Shown here: piece after piece, positions 38,301 through 51,460 of the stretch | Layout: every line of letters starts with the position of its first letter | Numbering within the stretch: the first letter of the stretch is position 1 | DNA from: Vermamoeba vermiformis | Taxonomy: Eukaryota | Length of the DNA: 64,000 nucleotides | Assembly (NCBI GenBank): GCA_045837725.1 | Contig: JBEWZL010000124.1 | Coordinates: 496,001-560,000 of the forward strand | Direction of reading: 5' to 3' | Notes under the pieces: model-generated | Told to the model about the DNA's origin: nothing | Seen by the model: only the letters and a program-made list of their open reading frames with translations | Databases searched by the model: none | Position numbers and translations under genes: made by a program

Positions 38301-39708
38301 TTTCTTCGGGTCTTTGTTCAAACATGTCTAAGCGGAGCTCGTTAGTAATCCACAAATTACAGGAAAGAACGACAATAGTACGTACTCTGACGAAATCATG
38401 GAAATTTTTAGACCACTTAGCAACGTTAGACAACTTAGGGGGATCTCGGATCGGGATTTGCATTAACGCTCTCATTGGATGTACTTCACTCAATGGAGGC
38501 TCTCGCTCGGCCAATTCGATCAACGTAATGCCCAACGACCAGATATCAACTCTATCGTCGTATGGGCTTTTACCGTTTCTGTTTGTGATAATCTCGGGTG
38601 CCATCCTGGATGGAAAATTATAAGAAAACTTGACAGCCAACTAGCTCGAACTGACAGTTACGTACCAATAAGGAGTACCAATCAACGTATTTCTACGTTC
38701 TCCTGCTGCACTCAAGATTGCTGATACACCGAAATCAACTGGAAAAAACAAATCGTCAAAATATACATCATTATACTAATTTAGATTATGCCGACGCCAA
38801 TTACTTAATTGCAACGATCATAATTGAAATAATAATTATTCGGGTATTTAATTTCCGATACGAGAAAAGCGAATTTATCGAACAGAATTCGTAAACTTAC
38901 CGAGCTTGATGTCTCCAGCTTCAGTCAATAAAATATTGGCGCCTTTAATATCACGGTGAATAATGCCGACGGAATGCAAATAAATTAATCCCTTCAACGT
39001 CTCTCGACAGATTAACGCAATCTGATCTTCAGTCAAGTCAATGTCCCAAACTAATTGCATTCAATTAATATATGTAAAATCAAATGATGTATTGCATTAC
39101 CTTGTCCAAAATCGGCTACAGAACCGCCACCACAGTATTCCATTGCAATCTGTAATTTAAAATTAATTCAATTTAAGAAGAGACAAATTATATACCAATT
39201 ATGAGATAGCATTATATACACGATAAAATAGGATGTTGATATTCTAAATATGGAAAAATAATGGTGATAACGTTGTGCGGGACAGAATTGGGGACAACTT
39301 GGGTGATCAAACCAACCACCAGCTTCAATGACCATCATATACTTACAAAAATCTCGTCGTCCTTTTTCCACGTTCCATAAAGCTTTACAACGTTCTCGTG
39401 GTCGCACTTTTTCAAAATCCCTAATTCAACAAATTCGCTGACTTCGTCGTCTTCCTCGGGTTTGATAATTTTTAATGCTATAATCTTTCCATCTGCTTTA
39501 TCTTTAGCCTATTTATCGAATTTTGGTTAATACAGAAGGTCATGGGAGAATAACGAACAATCTAAAATCTGCTTGCCTTGTAAACGCTTCCGAATGAACC
39601 AGAAGCAATTTCTTCTTCTAAAACATATAGTTCTTCAGCATCGCCACTATCCCATTGCCAGCTTTCTTCTAAGTTCTTTTCCGAAAGCCCCAACGGATTC
39701 GACGCCAT
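35309..39708 (-). CDS. Ste20-family (SLK/LOK/TAO-like) Ser/Thr kinase with long coiled coil and Pro-rich tail, multi-exon
   Basis: [83 protein letters not shown]-rich coiled coil 35890-37790. Confidence 0.93.
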
Positions 39709-40446
39709 AATTGTTTATTGGTTGAATTAATTAATTTAATCTGCTCTGCAATACGGTAATGACTCAAAAAATAAATAATTCGACTCTAATACATGAAGAG
39801 TGCTTGTTGCAGGCTGTGTAATAACTTGAAATAATTAGGCAATTTCGGTGGTTTTTTTCTCGCACGTTTATAAATTTTATTTGACTAAAAGGAACACACC
39901 CCGAACACCAATACGGACTTTACTACAATGATAAGGACCGAGAACGCGCATACGATGTGCTCATTTGGATAGTGCGTGCGAGGTTCTCTGATTCAGTGCT
40001 CGGATTGCAATTTACTGCGATCACATTCAGGTAAACTTCGTTTTAGTAGCATCAGAATAGCATTTTGTCTCGTGCTAAAATATTATATTATCGTAATTTT
40101 CTATTATTAAAGTTAATTGGCGAATCTGCTCGCACTGCTGTGATAGCCGCTAGTCACCCTTATGATCCGCCTCGTGGAGCGCTTATTATATTTTTAACTA
40201 ATAATGATGTGCTAGTTGTGGTATTTGTTCGGTATATTACGTGTATTCTAGCCACCCACGGATGTTCGCGAATTCTACCAGCCCGAAATTCAGATCCCGC
40301 GCTTTTTCGTTGTAACGGCTACTTTTATTTTTAATTTCGCTCCTTCGTTCCACGCACTTTTTCAACTGTTTCGCGCGTAGTCAGCAACAAACCTTCTTAA
40401 GTGTAGGGTTTTGCGCAATTGTATATAATTAACACAGCACACCAGC

Positions 40447-43400
40447 ATGCATTTCAAGTTATTGATCAATAATCAAGAAGCGAAACGCATCCCGTTCCCC
40501 AAAGGAACGCAATGCATTTTCGGAAGGTACCTACTAATATTCACGATAATAATACACGTGCTAAATTAAATGAATAGGAATATTCGATGCGATGTACGAA
40601 TCCACTTGCCATTCGTATCCAGAGAACACTGCAAAGTGACGATTGAAAAGAGCGGAAAGGTTCGTTACAGGATGAATTATAGATTATTTTACGCCATACT
40701 AAGCTTATTTAAAGGTTATGCTCTTTAATTTGAGCCAAACCAACTTCACTCTCGTAAACGGTCAAATTGTGCCTCCAGAGGGCTGGCGTTTGAAAGATTG
40801 GGACGTCATCTCCATTTGCGGCGCACACTTCTTGTTCTCCTTCGATTTTCCATACAGCCCAAAGGTACGCTGACCAGATTTCTATCGGCGAAATTCCGAT
40901 CTAACAATTATTGCCTTTCAGAAACAATCACCCACAACTACTGTGGCCAGAAATGTATCGCCCAGCGCAGCCAGCCGTAAAATCGACTTCGAGTCCGATC
41001 CAGCTGCAAAGGTTGCTGATGTTGAGAAACGAGCAGCAGATTCGGTCATTAAACCAGTCCTCGAAGTGCCCTCTTCTGCTCGTAAGGGAGGCTTACAACG
41101 ACAAAGCACTCTTCTTTTCGATGAAAAGAGTATCGAACCCGTCTTTAAGATGCCTCTTGCCCCGGCTTCAAGACCAAATCCATCAGTCGAGATCAGCCAA
41201 CCAGTACAAGACGTCGCCGTGAACACTAAGAGCGAGATCATTGCTCCAAGCACTGTCGAGGCCATCGTCCAAGCAGTGGAGGCCAAGCCCGAAGAAAATA
41301 TTGTCGAGACTTCAGAGCAACTTGCACGCGAAGAAGTCCCAGTCGTTGAAGAAACTGCTAAAGAAATCATCACAGGAGAGGCTATTGAAGAGCCTAAAGC
41401 CGCAGAAGAGCACATCAACACCGTTGTTGAAGAGAAAGAAATCGTTGCCGAAGCAGCTCAAGAAGAGGAGACTGCCAAGCCTATTGAAGAAGTCATTCAA
41501 GAAGAGAAGATTGAAGCCGCTCCCGTCGTTGAGAGCCGCGAAGAAACTGTCGCAGAGTCAGTGCCCGAGAGCATTCAATTGGACATTGTCAGAGAAGAAG
41601 AACAAGTCAGCGAGGCCGTTGAGTCTGCCCCCGTCGATGAGCTTGCTACTGAATCCGCCGAAGAAGTTGCTGCTAAGCCTTTGGCCGAGGAGGTTGCTAT
41701 CGCAGCTGACGAGACTAAGACTGAAGAAGTCATCGAGCAACTTACCCCTGTTGACGAGCCTGTCGTCGAACAAGTTCAAGAAATCACATCCGTCGAAACT
41801 AAAGAAGAGACCGTTATTGAACAAGGCTCAGAGGATATTCCTATTGTTGAAGAACAAGTTGCCAGCGAGCCTGTTGAAGAAGTCGTTGCCGAGTCCAAGA
41901 GCAGCGAAGAGGTTGTTGAACCTGCTGTCGAGACCGTAGAAACCGCGGTCGAAGAAGCTATTGAGACCATTCAAGAGCAAGTTGTTGAAGAGCCAGTTCA
42001 ACATGAAGTTGTCCAAGAGGTTGCTCAAGAACAAGTCGAAGAGGTCAAGGACGAAGTCGTTGAAACTGCCGTCGAGACCGTTGTCGAAGAGATCAAGCTT
42101 GAAGAGGTTGTCCAAGAGACCTCTCAATCTGTCGAGGAGGTCAAGGCCGAAGAGCCTGTTGCTCAAGAGGTTGAACAGCCCGAAGAGATCATTGAAGCTG
42201 CTCAAGTTGAAGCCTCTGAAGTCAAGACTGAAGAGCCTGAAGAGACAGAGCGAGTCGAAGAACAAATCGAAGAGGTCAAGCCCGTTGAAGAGACCGAACA
42301 AGTTATCGAATCAGTCGTCGAGCAAGTCGATACTGAAAAAGACTTTCCTGAACTTGTCAACGATATTGTTGAGACTGTCATCGAAGAAGTCGAGGAGCAA
42401 GTCTCCGCAGTTGAAGAGCCCGAGCAAGTTGTTGCCGAGTCCTCTGAAGTTATCGTCGAAGAACCTGTTCAAGAAGACAACGTCGAGCTTATTGAGGCCG
42501 CTGAAGAGACTTCTGTTATCGAACAAGAGACAACGGAGGTTGTCAATGAAGAGGCTGTCATTGAGACATCGTTCGTTGAAGAGAAGGTTGAAGAAGTTCC
42601 CGAGACTGAAGAGATCTCCCCTGTCGAGGAAGAGAAGGAAGTCATCGAACAAGTTCCTGTTGCCGAAGAGACCGAGACCAAGGAGACTGAAGTGGTTGAA
42701 GCTGCTCAAGAGACTTCTGACGTTTCTCTCGTGGAAGAGATTACTCGCGATGAGCCTGTCGCCGTTGAAGAACTCAAGCTCGCTGATGAAACTATTGTCG
42801 AAGAATCAAGCGAGAAGGTCGAGGCCATTGAGCAACAACCTGAGGTCGCTGACAAGATCGTCTCTGAGACTCAAGTCGAGGTCGAAGATGTCAAGACTGA
42901 AGAAGTGGCTCAAGACCAAGTCGTTGAAGAGTCTGCAGCCGAAGAGTCCTTCATTCATGAGGAAGTTATTGTTGAGGCTTCAATTGACGCTGAAGAAGCC
43001 ATCGTCGAGGACAACAAGATCGAAGAACAAGCTGAAGAGGCTGTCATTGAGTCTGTCGTTGAAGAGAGCGATGAGAAGGTCGAGGACGTTATCGAGTCCA
43101 TTGAGACTGTCATTGAGACTGTTGAACCCGAAGTCACCGAACAAGTCAACGAGAGCGTGATTGACGCTGTCGAGACCGAACAGGTCAACGAGTCTGTTGC
43201 CGAGCCTGAAGAGAAGGCCATTGAACAAATTGAAGAGGCCTTCATCGCTGAAGAAACTGTCGCTGATGAAGTCACTGACAAAGTCGACTATCTTGTCGAG
43301 ACCATCGAGGACGCTGTTGTTGAGCAAGAAACAACTGTCAACGAAGAGGTTGTTGAGCAAGAAGCGACTGAGACTGTCATCGAAGAGGCTGTCATTGAGA

Positions 43401-45077
43401 CTTCATTCGTTGAAGAAAAGACAGAAGAAACACTCGTCGAAGAAGTTGCTCCTGTTGAAGAGACCAAGGAGTTCGAAGTTGTTGAACCCGCTCAAGAGGT
43501 CGCTGAAGTTGGCGAGCCTGTCGCGGAGATTGTCGTCGAAGAGCCTCTTGAACAAGACCACGAAGAGGACGAAGCAATTGTTGAAGAGGACGTTCAAGTC
43601 GTCGAAGAGATTGCTGAGGAGAAGACTGAAGAGCCTGCTGAACAGCAATACGAAGTCACTGAGACTGACAATGTTGTTGAAGAGACATCTGTTGTTGAGG
43701 CCACCGAAGAAGTCGCTGAAACTAGCCAAGAAAAGGTCGTTGACGAAGAGGTCGTCGAGACTTCAGTGCACAACGAGAGCGTTGTTGAAGAGACCGAAGA
43801 AGTGACTCCTGTCGATGAATTGGCTCAGGATGAAGTCGTTGAAGAGATTAGTCTCGAAGAAGAGTTGGCTCTCGATGAGTTCGACATTTCATATGGCTAC
43901 GACCACATCGCTGATGACGATGAAGATGAAGAGGTCGATGACGCTGTTGTTGAAGAGCAGCAAGAAGCTGAAGAAGTCGTTGAGTCCACCATCGCAACTG
44001 AAGAAGTTCAAGAGACCGCTGTCGAGGCTGCCGAAGAGATCGCTGAAGAGCCTGAGACCGTTGAATCAACTGAACCCGTTGAAACTGTGGCTGAAGTCGG
44101 GGCTGCAGTTGAGCCTGTCGACGAGATCATTGAAGAGTCTGTCGTCGAAGAGGCTAAGGAAGACGTTGTTGCTCAAGAAGACGTCCTTGTGCAATCTGAA
44201 GAGCCCGTCGCTGAAGTCGCTGAAGAGTTAGTCGCTCCCGAACAAAGCGAAGTTGACTCTGAAGAAGTACATGCCAGCCAAGTTGCTGAAGAACAAACTG
44301 AAGTCGTGCAAGAGGCCATTGAAGAAATTGCACCCATTGATGAGCCTGAAGAAAAGGTTCAAGAAGTCGAGTCCGTTGAAGTTCCCGAAGAAAAGACTGA
44401 AGAACAAGTCCACGAGTCTATTGTTGACGCTGAAGTTGAACAACAATCCGAACAGCAAATTGAACCCGAGCACGTTGAAGAGAAGATCGAGACTGCTCCT
44501 GTTGAAGAAAAGACCGAACAAGTCGTCGCTCAAGAAGACGTCCGTTGTTGTTCAATCCGAAGAGACCATTGTTGAGGCTGCCTCTGAGCCCTCTGAACCT
44601 GTCGTTGTTGCCCCTGCCCACGAGACACCTGTCAAAGAAAAGCCCGAGTCACGCTCAGCCTCACCGTCCTCTGACTCCCGTTCAGCAGATGAGAGCTCCG
44701 AGCACGAACAAGACACTGACGAGACTAACACTGGTGCTCGTGACGAAGAGCCTGTTGAACAGCCGACTCGTGGCCGAGGCCGCAGAAAGGCAGCTGAGCC
44801 CTTGACACGTGTCAAAGTGTCAACGCGTGCCAAGCGTCAAGCTCAAAGCGAGAGCTTCGATAAAGAAGAGAATAAGGGCGATAGTATTGATGTGGATGAC
44901 AAAGAGAACGCGAGTGCGAATGTCATGGCTGGTCCGAGCGGATCTGCAATTTTCAACTTGGAAGAGCTCAAGTCATATCCTCGTAAAAGATTGCAACAAC
45001 TCTGTAAAAAACATAATATCAAGGCCAATTTGAAGACTGAAGAGCTGATCCAAGAGCTCTCGAAATTGACTTACTAA
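40447..45077 (+). CDS. Ki-67-type FHA domain + ~1200-aa Glu/Val-rich disordered region + C-terminal SAP-like motif; three 5' introns; frameshift near 44543
   Basis: Spliced N-terminus CIFGRNIRCDVRIHLPFVSREHCKV..LFNLSQTNFTLVNG..RLKDWDVISI joins ORF 40943 in frame; C-terminus LKSYPRKRLQQLCKKHNIKANLKTEELIQEL. Confidence 0.85.
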
Positions 45078-45181
45078 AAAAGGAAAAAGATAGAAATTTT
45101 ATGTTTTTTTTAATGAAAAAATTTTGTAATTAACTTGTAATATAAAACCATCGATTCGTATTAATATCAGTGCATATATTT

Positions 45182-46344
45182 ATCATCCACTAATAAACAT
45201 TTCGTCCCTGGAATCTATTTCTTTGAGCAACAAAGATCCGGTTTAATTGCCGTAATCCGTTCCTAGAACGAAAACGGTATTCAAACTAAATATGATTGAC
45301 GTAGAAAGTATATACATATTTATTGTAACAAATTAATCAATTTTCCGTAACGATCGATAGACATTGGTCTTATTAAAAAAATCGTACGAAAACTTGCCGA
45401 CGCAAGTGTACAAGAACGGATCCAAGTTCCATCCAAATAAGGCAATGCATATGAGCTTAGTAAATTCGCGTAGCATAGTCAAATAAATATTAGTTTTTGT
45501 TCCAAAGGGTTCTAAACCAACGTGGATGCCGATCACTTTCTTTCCAATAGTCTACAACGAAACAAATTAATATGAATACGCTTAATATACGATATATAGT
45601 AGTATAATATTATAATAATGGTATTTAATTAGCTGTTTGAGTGGAAAGTTACCTGTCCAGACAAGATCAGCCAAATGATCAGACCGAAAAGTACGGCCGA
45701 TTCTTGTCCATTTGAATATAGCCACCATATAGTCAATAACAATGCACTGTCTATAATATTGGCGAATAATCGTTCAAAAGTCGTTGCTTTTCTGACGCCG
45801 TATTTGACCTCTAACAATCGCAGATCGAGCAATTCCGGTGAAATGCCTGCTGAGGGCTTGTTTTCTATATTATTAGGCTCTTTAATATGGTTTCCATTCG
45901 TCTGATCTGATTTTTTCTGCGAAAATAATGCGTCGTGCTGTTGTACAAGTTTTTTGGGGGATGTGGCTGGACTGATCTCCAAAGGCAGTTGGGAAAGCGT
46001 CTAAAAATATTATAATTAATACCAATTAATATTATAATAGTATTGTATGACTAAAATCGAGTGCACTTAAATAATGGCGGGAATAAAAATATTTATCGTT
46101 ATTTTTGTTTAAGTTTTTTCGGATGTATGAACTTACTTTTGATCGTTTTTTAGCCTCAGGATGCTTTGCTAAATATTCAAATAATTTTTCGAGCTCTTTT
46201 TTCGTGTATTCATCTGCCTCCTTTTGATATTCTTTCGGCGAGATCTGCTCGCAATAGTGCGCGTTTTTGGTTGGGCCTAAATTAGACTATTAGTTCATAT
46301 TAATCTAAGTAATGACCATTATTCTTACTTTTTGTGTTGCTCAT
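45182..46344 (-). CDS. RDD-family membrane protein, multi-exon; ends approximate
   Basis: ATTFERLFANIIDSALL, GQTIGKKVIGIHV and MLREFTK, with hydrophobic segments. Confidence 0.65.
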
Positions 46345-46464
46345 GCTTTGGATCAAAAATTATTTGCCCGCCGAAATTGTCAGCTGTCAATGTAGTCGTT
46401 CAGTTGATCGTTGAAGATTAATCAATAGAGCACAATAAAGTAGGATAGACTTGCTGCGGATACA

Positions 46465-49066
46465 ATGGAAGAGCCTCAGACATATTCATGGTTCGCGAAT
46501 CTGCCAAACGAGGTATTAAAAATTAAAACAATTGTCAGCAACTTTACTTCATTTGAAAATCATGATACTGTTACTCAACAGTTAGTTCAATTTATAACTA
46601 TTTTACGAAGCTTCTTGCCTTCAATTTATCTGACTTGTTTCTCAATCTGTAATTTATTAATTTTTCTCTCCAGATTTTAATGGAAATCTTCGATTATCTC
46701 GGCAGATTACAAATAAACAGGTTAGTGCGCGTTAATAAACGCATTAATAGACTCGCACAATACGTTCTGGAGCATCGGAAGAAGATCCGACTTGTTGGCG
46801 ACAATTTGCGTGTCTTGGTATTGGCTCTTCCTTCTAAATATGGTAATAATAGGTACTACTGTGCTATGGATATACTAACTGGTGCTATGTACTCAGATAT
46901 AAGGCAGATTGAATGTAGCAGAAAGCCCATGCCTGCCGGCTACACAGATGTGGACATTTCTCGTACGAGAAAATGAACTTTGCCATCGCTGTACTAATAC
47001 TAAATATAACTTAATAGGAGCGGGCTTAGTGATCAATACTTTCTCCATGGAGGCACCCGTTACAAAAATCCATTCATTTCGTCTTCGGGAACAGCGAGAA
47101 CGGATGCAGTGTTTGCCGGTTAAAAATGGCGGGAAAGAGCGAAAGATTACGTTCATTGAATCTTCGAGCACTGAGCAACGATTCAGAGTCAAATTATACA
47201 CTATTTCCGTTATGGTAGGATTTATTTCGCATTTTATTATGCCTTTAAGGACATAATATTAGTATTGTTAGCATACTTATATAATATATTATTTTAAGGC
47301 GGATATGATATTGTTCATCGTGGATCCGGAAGAAATTGAGGAGTACTCGGAAGACATTCAAGAAATGATCTTTGGCTGTTGTTTTATGATGAGTGCTCGT
47401 AATATCCTCGTAGCTGTTGATTTGTCTAACTGTTCGGCAGTCAATTCGCCTAATTTGGCAAGCGGTAAGAGGAAATTTCGCGTCAAAATTCAAACCTTCA
47501 TTTTTTTGACTCATTTTTATTATTTTTAGTTTTCAATCAATCTAAGCAAAAAATATCCAAGTTACTCGACAAGGTTGTTGGCCAGTGCTACAAAATAATT
47601 CCGATAAATGTCCGAACCGGATGCAACATCGCCGTCTCGCCCGAACTTCCCAACTACGAATGGTTCCGCAACGGTTCACTGAAACAGCTCATCCTCGAAG
47701 ACCAATTGCGGACAAATTTTGACGAAATTTCGTATAGCAGACTTTGCAAGGCTCCGTTAAAACTGCAAATCAATAATATTCTACGAATTTACGGCATTGG
47801 AGTAATATTTGAAGCTCGTGTAACAAGTATGTTGGAGCTCTCTCTATATATAACTACAAGTATCATGTTGATCGATTAATGGATAATTCAGGTGGCACTT
47901 TGAAGCCAGGTACTACCGTTGAGATCCATCCACGAGGTCTCTCAGCTAAAGTGGAAAGTATCCAACATTGTCACGAGGATGTTACCGAAGCTAAGGCGGG
48001 CAAGTACTGCATTAAGGCGTATTACTAATACTATACTTCTACAAAAATTATAATTATTATCAAATACTTTATTCATGAAAGGCAGATCTGATTTGATTGT
48101 CTAATTCATTTTTTTCATGATCATTTTTGTTTTTATAATGTGTTATTGTTTCGCTAATTAGATTCATATAGGAGATGTTATTGCGTTTGCAGTGCACGGT
48201 ATACATATACGAAATGTGTTTCCAAGGTACTGCTATGTCGTAGAGCGTTTTGCGGCACCAAAATTCAGGTACTGCATTGCTTTTCGCGCCAAATTTGCCC
48301 TTACGAAGCCCGATCGATTTGCACAACATCACGAGTACACCATGTTCTACGGCTCATCTCGCATTCAATGCATCGTTTGGTGGATATTTCCCGGAGCCGA
48401 CGGAATATCTCACGATAAATCTGCGCGGCAGTTTAAAGTCAAAAAAGAACTCCCCAAAAAACCAGAGAAAAATGACCAGTCAACGAAGACACTGCATCAA
48501 GAATGGAGAGATTATACTAGCCAAGTCCATAGAGTTGCCGCAGAACATAAGAAATGTATGATGGAACAAGGCAAAGACTTTGAAAGACCGCCCAAACCAA
48601 AAATGAAAAAAGTGGAAGCAATAGTTTTTCCGCTGATGGCTTGCGAAATTCAGCCGTACAGGACAAATCAATTCGAAAAGAACTATTCTGGCAAACTAAT
48701 GATTGTCGAGAAAAAAGCAACCGAGAAAATCCCTGGTATAAGAAAAAAGAAAGTTTTAATTGTTGGCGTCGGACGCGTGGATTTCGTGATCAGGAAATCC
48801 GCCGAGACTATTGATTTTCCATCGACTATAGGTACGTTATACTTAGACCGGCACCTACTATCATCCCATACAATATTAATACTGTCATATAATTAGACTT
48901 TAAGAAACGGTCCCAAGAAGTGATAGACCAAGCTGAGCGACTTTTCAAACTGCCACGCGAACAGAACTCTTACGCAACGTTCTTAAATCACGTTAAAAAT
49001 GATAGTGGTGCCAAGAATTGCATTCAGCAGCGCGAGGGATGTTCAGAATGGAAGGCGCGTCATTGA
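46465..49066 (+). CDS. F-box fused to degenerate eEF1A/HBS1-like domains I-III (pseudo-GTPase), multi-exon; 3' end uncertain
   Basis: FANLPNE/ILMEIFDYL..LVRVNKRINRLA (F-box); ADMILFIVD, NILVAVD, IIPINVRTGCNI; PLKLQINNILRIYGIGVIFEARV..GTLKPG..AKVESIQHCHEDVTEAKAGDVIAFAV (domain II); FRAKF..VGVGRV (domain III). Confidence 0.8.
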
Positions 49067-49296
49067 ACAATTAAAAATTGTATTTCGAGCGGTTTTGCTT
49101 CTTCCTCGTCTTTTGTTCAATCGCTCATACGCGAACATAACTTTCTACCTGCCAAAAATTGATTATCGTTTTGCAAATGCAGGGACGGGATAATAAAAGA
49201 CGTTTACATCAAATACAATTTTATTTACTAATTTTACGCTGATTTGTCTATTAAGATACTTCTATCATATGATTCTATTATGACACGCAATGTATC

Positions 49297-49375
49297 GAGA
49301 ACAACAGTAGCTCAGCAATGCAGATCTGTCCTTGAATATTCGGACTTGAGATCTGCTGCGTCATTCATCGTTCTC
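49297..49375 (-). ncRNA. Eukaryotic type II SECIS element in the 3' UTR of the deiodinase-like gene
   Basis: Minus strand: GAGAACGAU/GUUGUUCUC helix I; AUGAC...UGAG core; GCAGCAGAUCU/AGAUCUGC(AU)UGC helix II; unpaired AA; GUCC/GGAC apical minihelix. Confidence 0.88.
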
Positions 49376-49571
49376 AAGCGACTGTACTAACCATACTAAT
49401 GTATAGTACGATTAATACGACAACATTCCTATTCAAATAGACTATGCCCAATTTAAGTCTCATAAGAATAAAAAATGTCGTCATGTCGCTAAACACACCA
49501 CGTGCCACTTCGAATCTTTGCAGAAATTTCTCGACCAATCAGCGTCATTCGTAACAAGCCGTCACGTGCTC

Positions 49572-50940
49572 TTAAGCGTGAGTAACGCCGTTCTTTTTGA
49601 ACTCGTCGAGCCACGCCACGACCTCGCTAAAGTGCATTGACTCGTCGCTCGGCATTGACTTGTACATGACTTTGCCGTTCAAAATAATGTAATAGCGCTC
49701 AGGCCAGGCTGCAAATACGCGCTCAAAGGTGTTCTCCATCAAATCCACGTACATTGGCAATTGATACTGCATGTCTTTTTGGAACAACTTGGCGAGTTCA
49801 GTGCGCTCTTCGAGGGTGCGGTGCTGACGCCAGCTGAACTTGTCACCGAGCGGCCATTCATCGTTAGCATGTGCCTGGCGAGTATAAGACTATGATATAT
49901 ATAACACATGGTCTATTAGCTTACCTCTCGGATATAAACTGTCATAAAGGTCGCGATGTCCTTGTGCTTTTCGCATCCGCTGTGGTGATTGGGCACACCA
50001 TAGCGCATGGGAGGTCAGCTATATGAGCCACCAATAAGCACTAATGGTCTATCTTTGGTCATAAAATCATATAATTTAACACGACCGCTGAAAAAGTTGA
50101 GAAAAGTTAGCAAGATGTGGCTGACGTTGAGAAATAATTACCCGTCGAATGTAGCAAGATCCATATCGGGTACTTGATCACCTTCCCAGAGGTCACCAGG
50201 TCTTGTAATGTCATATTTCATATAGATCGCGATTTCTTTCATTTTTCTAGTTCAGTGAATCAGATCGCATCTCCAAAAAATCTTTAGAATAGCGCTACTT
50301 ACTTAATTAACTCTACATCATCGCGATAAATAGCTCTAAGACCATGAAGAGCTTCAAGACCCTATTTAAAATGTATAAGTAAGCAAAACATCGTCGTTTT
50401 ACGGATTTGGGATCTGGTCTTTTTTACATAATAATAAATAATTATTAAATACATACGACTTCCAGATCTTGAACACCAAATTCTTTCAGTACACGACGTT
50501 GCTGATCGAGAATAACTTCTGTGTGATATGTAGCGTCGTATTTCAATCCGAGCTTCTTTTGGAATTCTGGGTCATGCCATAATTCAGCTTCACGCTTAAG
50601 CAACTAAAATAATATTCACATTAATATATTGAATTAAATTGAGGCTATTATTTAATTATTTTATTAAATCAGAATAAAGGCGGATCTCATAAGTAAATCG
50701 GTTGAAAAGTTAGATAATTTTCTTAGAGCTCGAAATATAATTAATACATACATCCAAGACAATGCTCTTAGGCAAAGCACGGCGATAGATGTTCCAACCG
50801 TCATCTTGAGGAAGAAGGTCCGATGCGCTACCGCAGCCACGAGAAGAAGAGTTGCAACAAGTGTCCTGTTGTTTGTTAGACACAGAGTTGCACTCACCCG
50901 CAGCGCAGCATTCGGCGCCTTGTGTGGTGTTGCACGACAT
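49572..50940 (-). CDS. Iodothyronine deiodinase-like selenoprotein (Sec TGA at 50015-50017), 6 exons
   Basis: RPLVLIGGSYS-U-PPM, VYIREAHANDEW, QHRTLEER and VDLMENTFERVFAAWPERYYII match the deiodinase family; the frame stays open through the TGA; SECIS lies ~200 nt after the stop. Confidence 0.92.
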
Positions 50941-51460
50941 TTTAGATAATATGTTGTTTTTAAAAATATGAAAACGCATTCTTCTGAAGACAGGGGATTC
51001 TTCGGTCCCATGGAGGCAATACGTTTCTGCGGGGCCGAAAATTTCCATTAATTTAAACCCTGCCTTGTACTTTTTTACACGGCCGTGACCTTGTAATAAT
51101 AAATTTAAACGAGAAACTAATTGCCTCCCCGCACGGTACTGAACGCACGCAATCATGATGTAAAGAGCAATAATCATTATTATTCGAATATCCTCCTCGC
51201 TGGAATAAAATGTCGTTTATTCAAGTTGAATTGTCCTGCCTAAGTGATCTCCACAAGTTGGCCAGGTTTGGAATTCCAGATCGTATAAGCTGATACGGAA
51301 TTGTACCTTTGTGGCAATTTTTTTGCGCAAAATCGAAACTACCTACTAATACCAGAATTCTACTGCTGTCAATCAGGCACGTGACGAGGGCCGATAAAAA
51401 AAGATTTTTTTTACTGTGTTTATTTCATTCCAACCTCAAACAAAACAACTACAAACCACA

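Noticed and set aside
41241-44231. Long K/L/S/R-rich alternative-frame ORFs
   Set aside because: Shifted-frame by-products of GAA/GAG/GTT codon bias in the acidic protein.
49484-49549. Second SECIS-like hairpin (AUGAC..AAA) just after the deiodinase stop
   Set aside because: Helix II pairs poorly and the 3' NGAN core is out of register; the 49297-49375 element fits much better.
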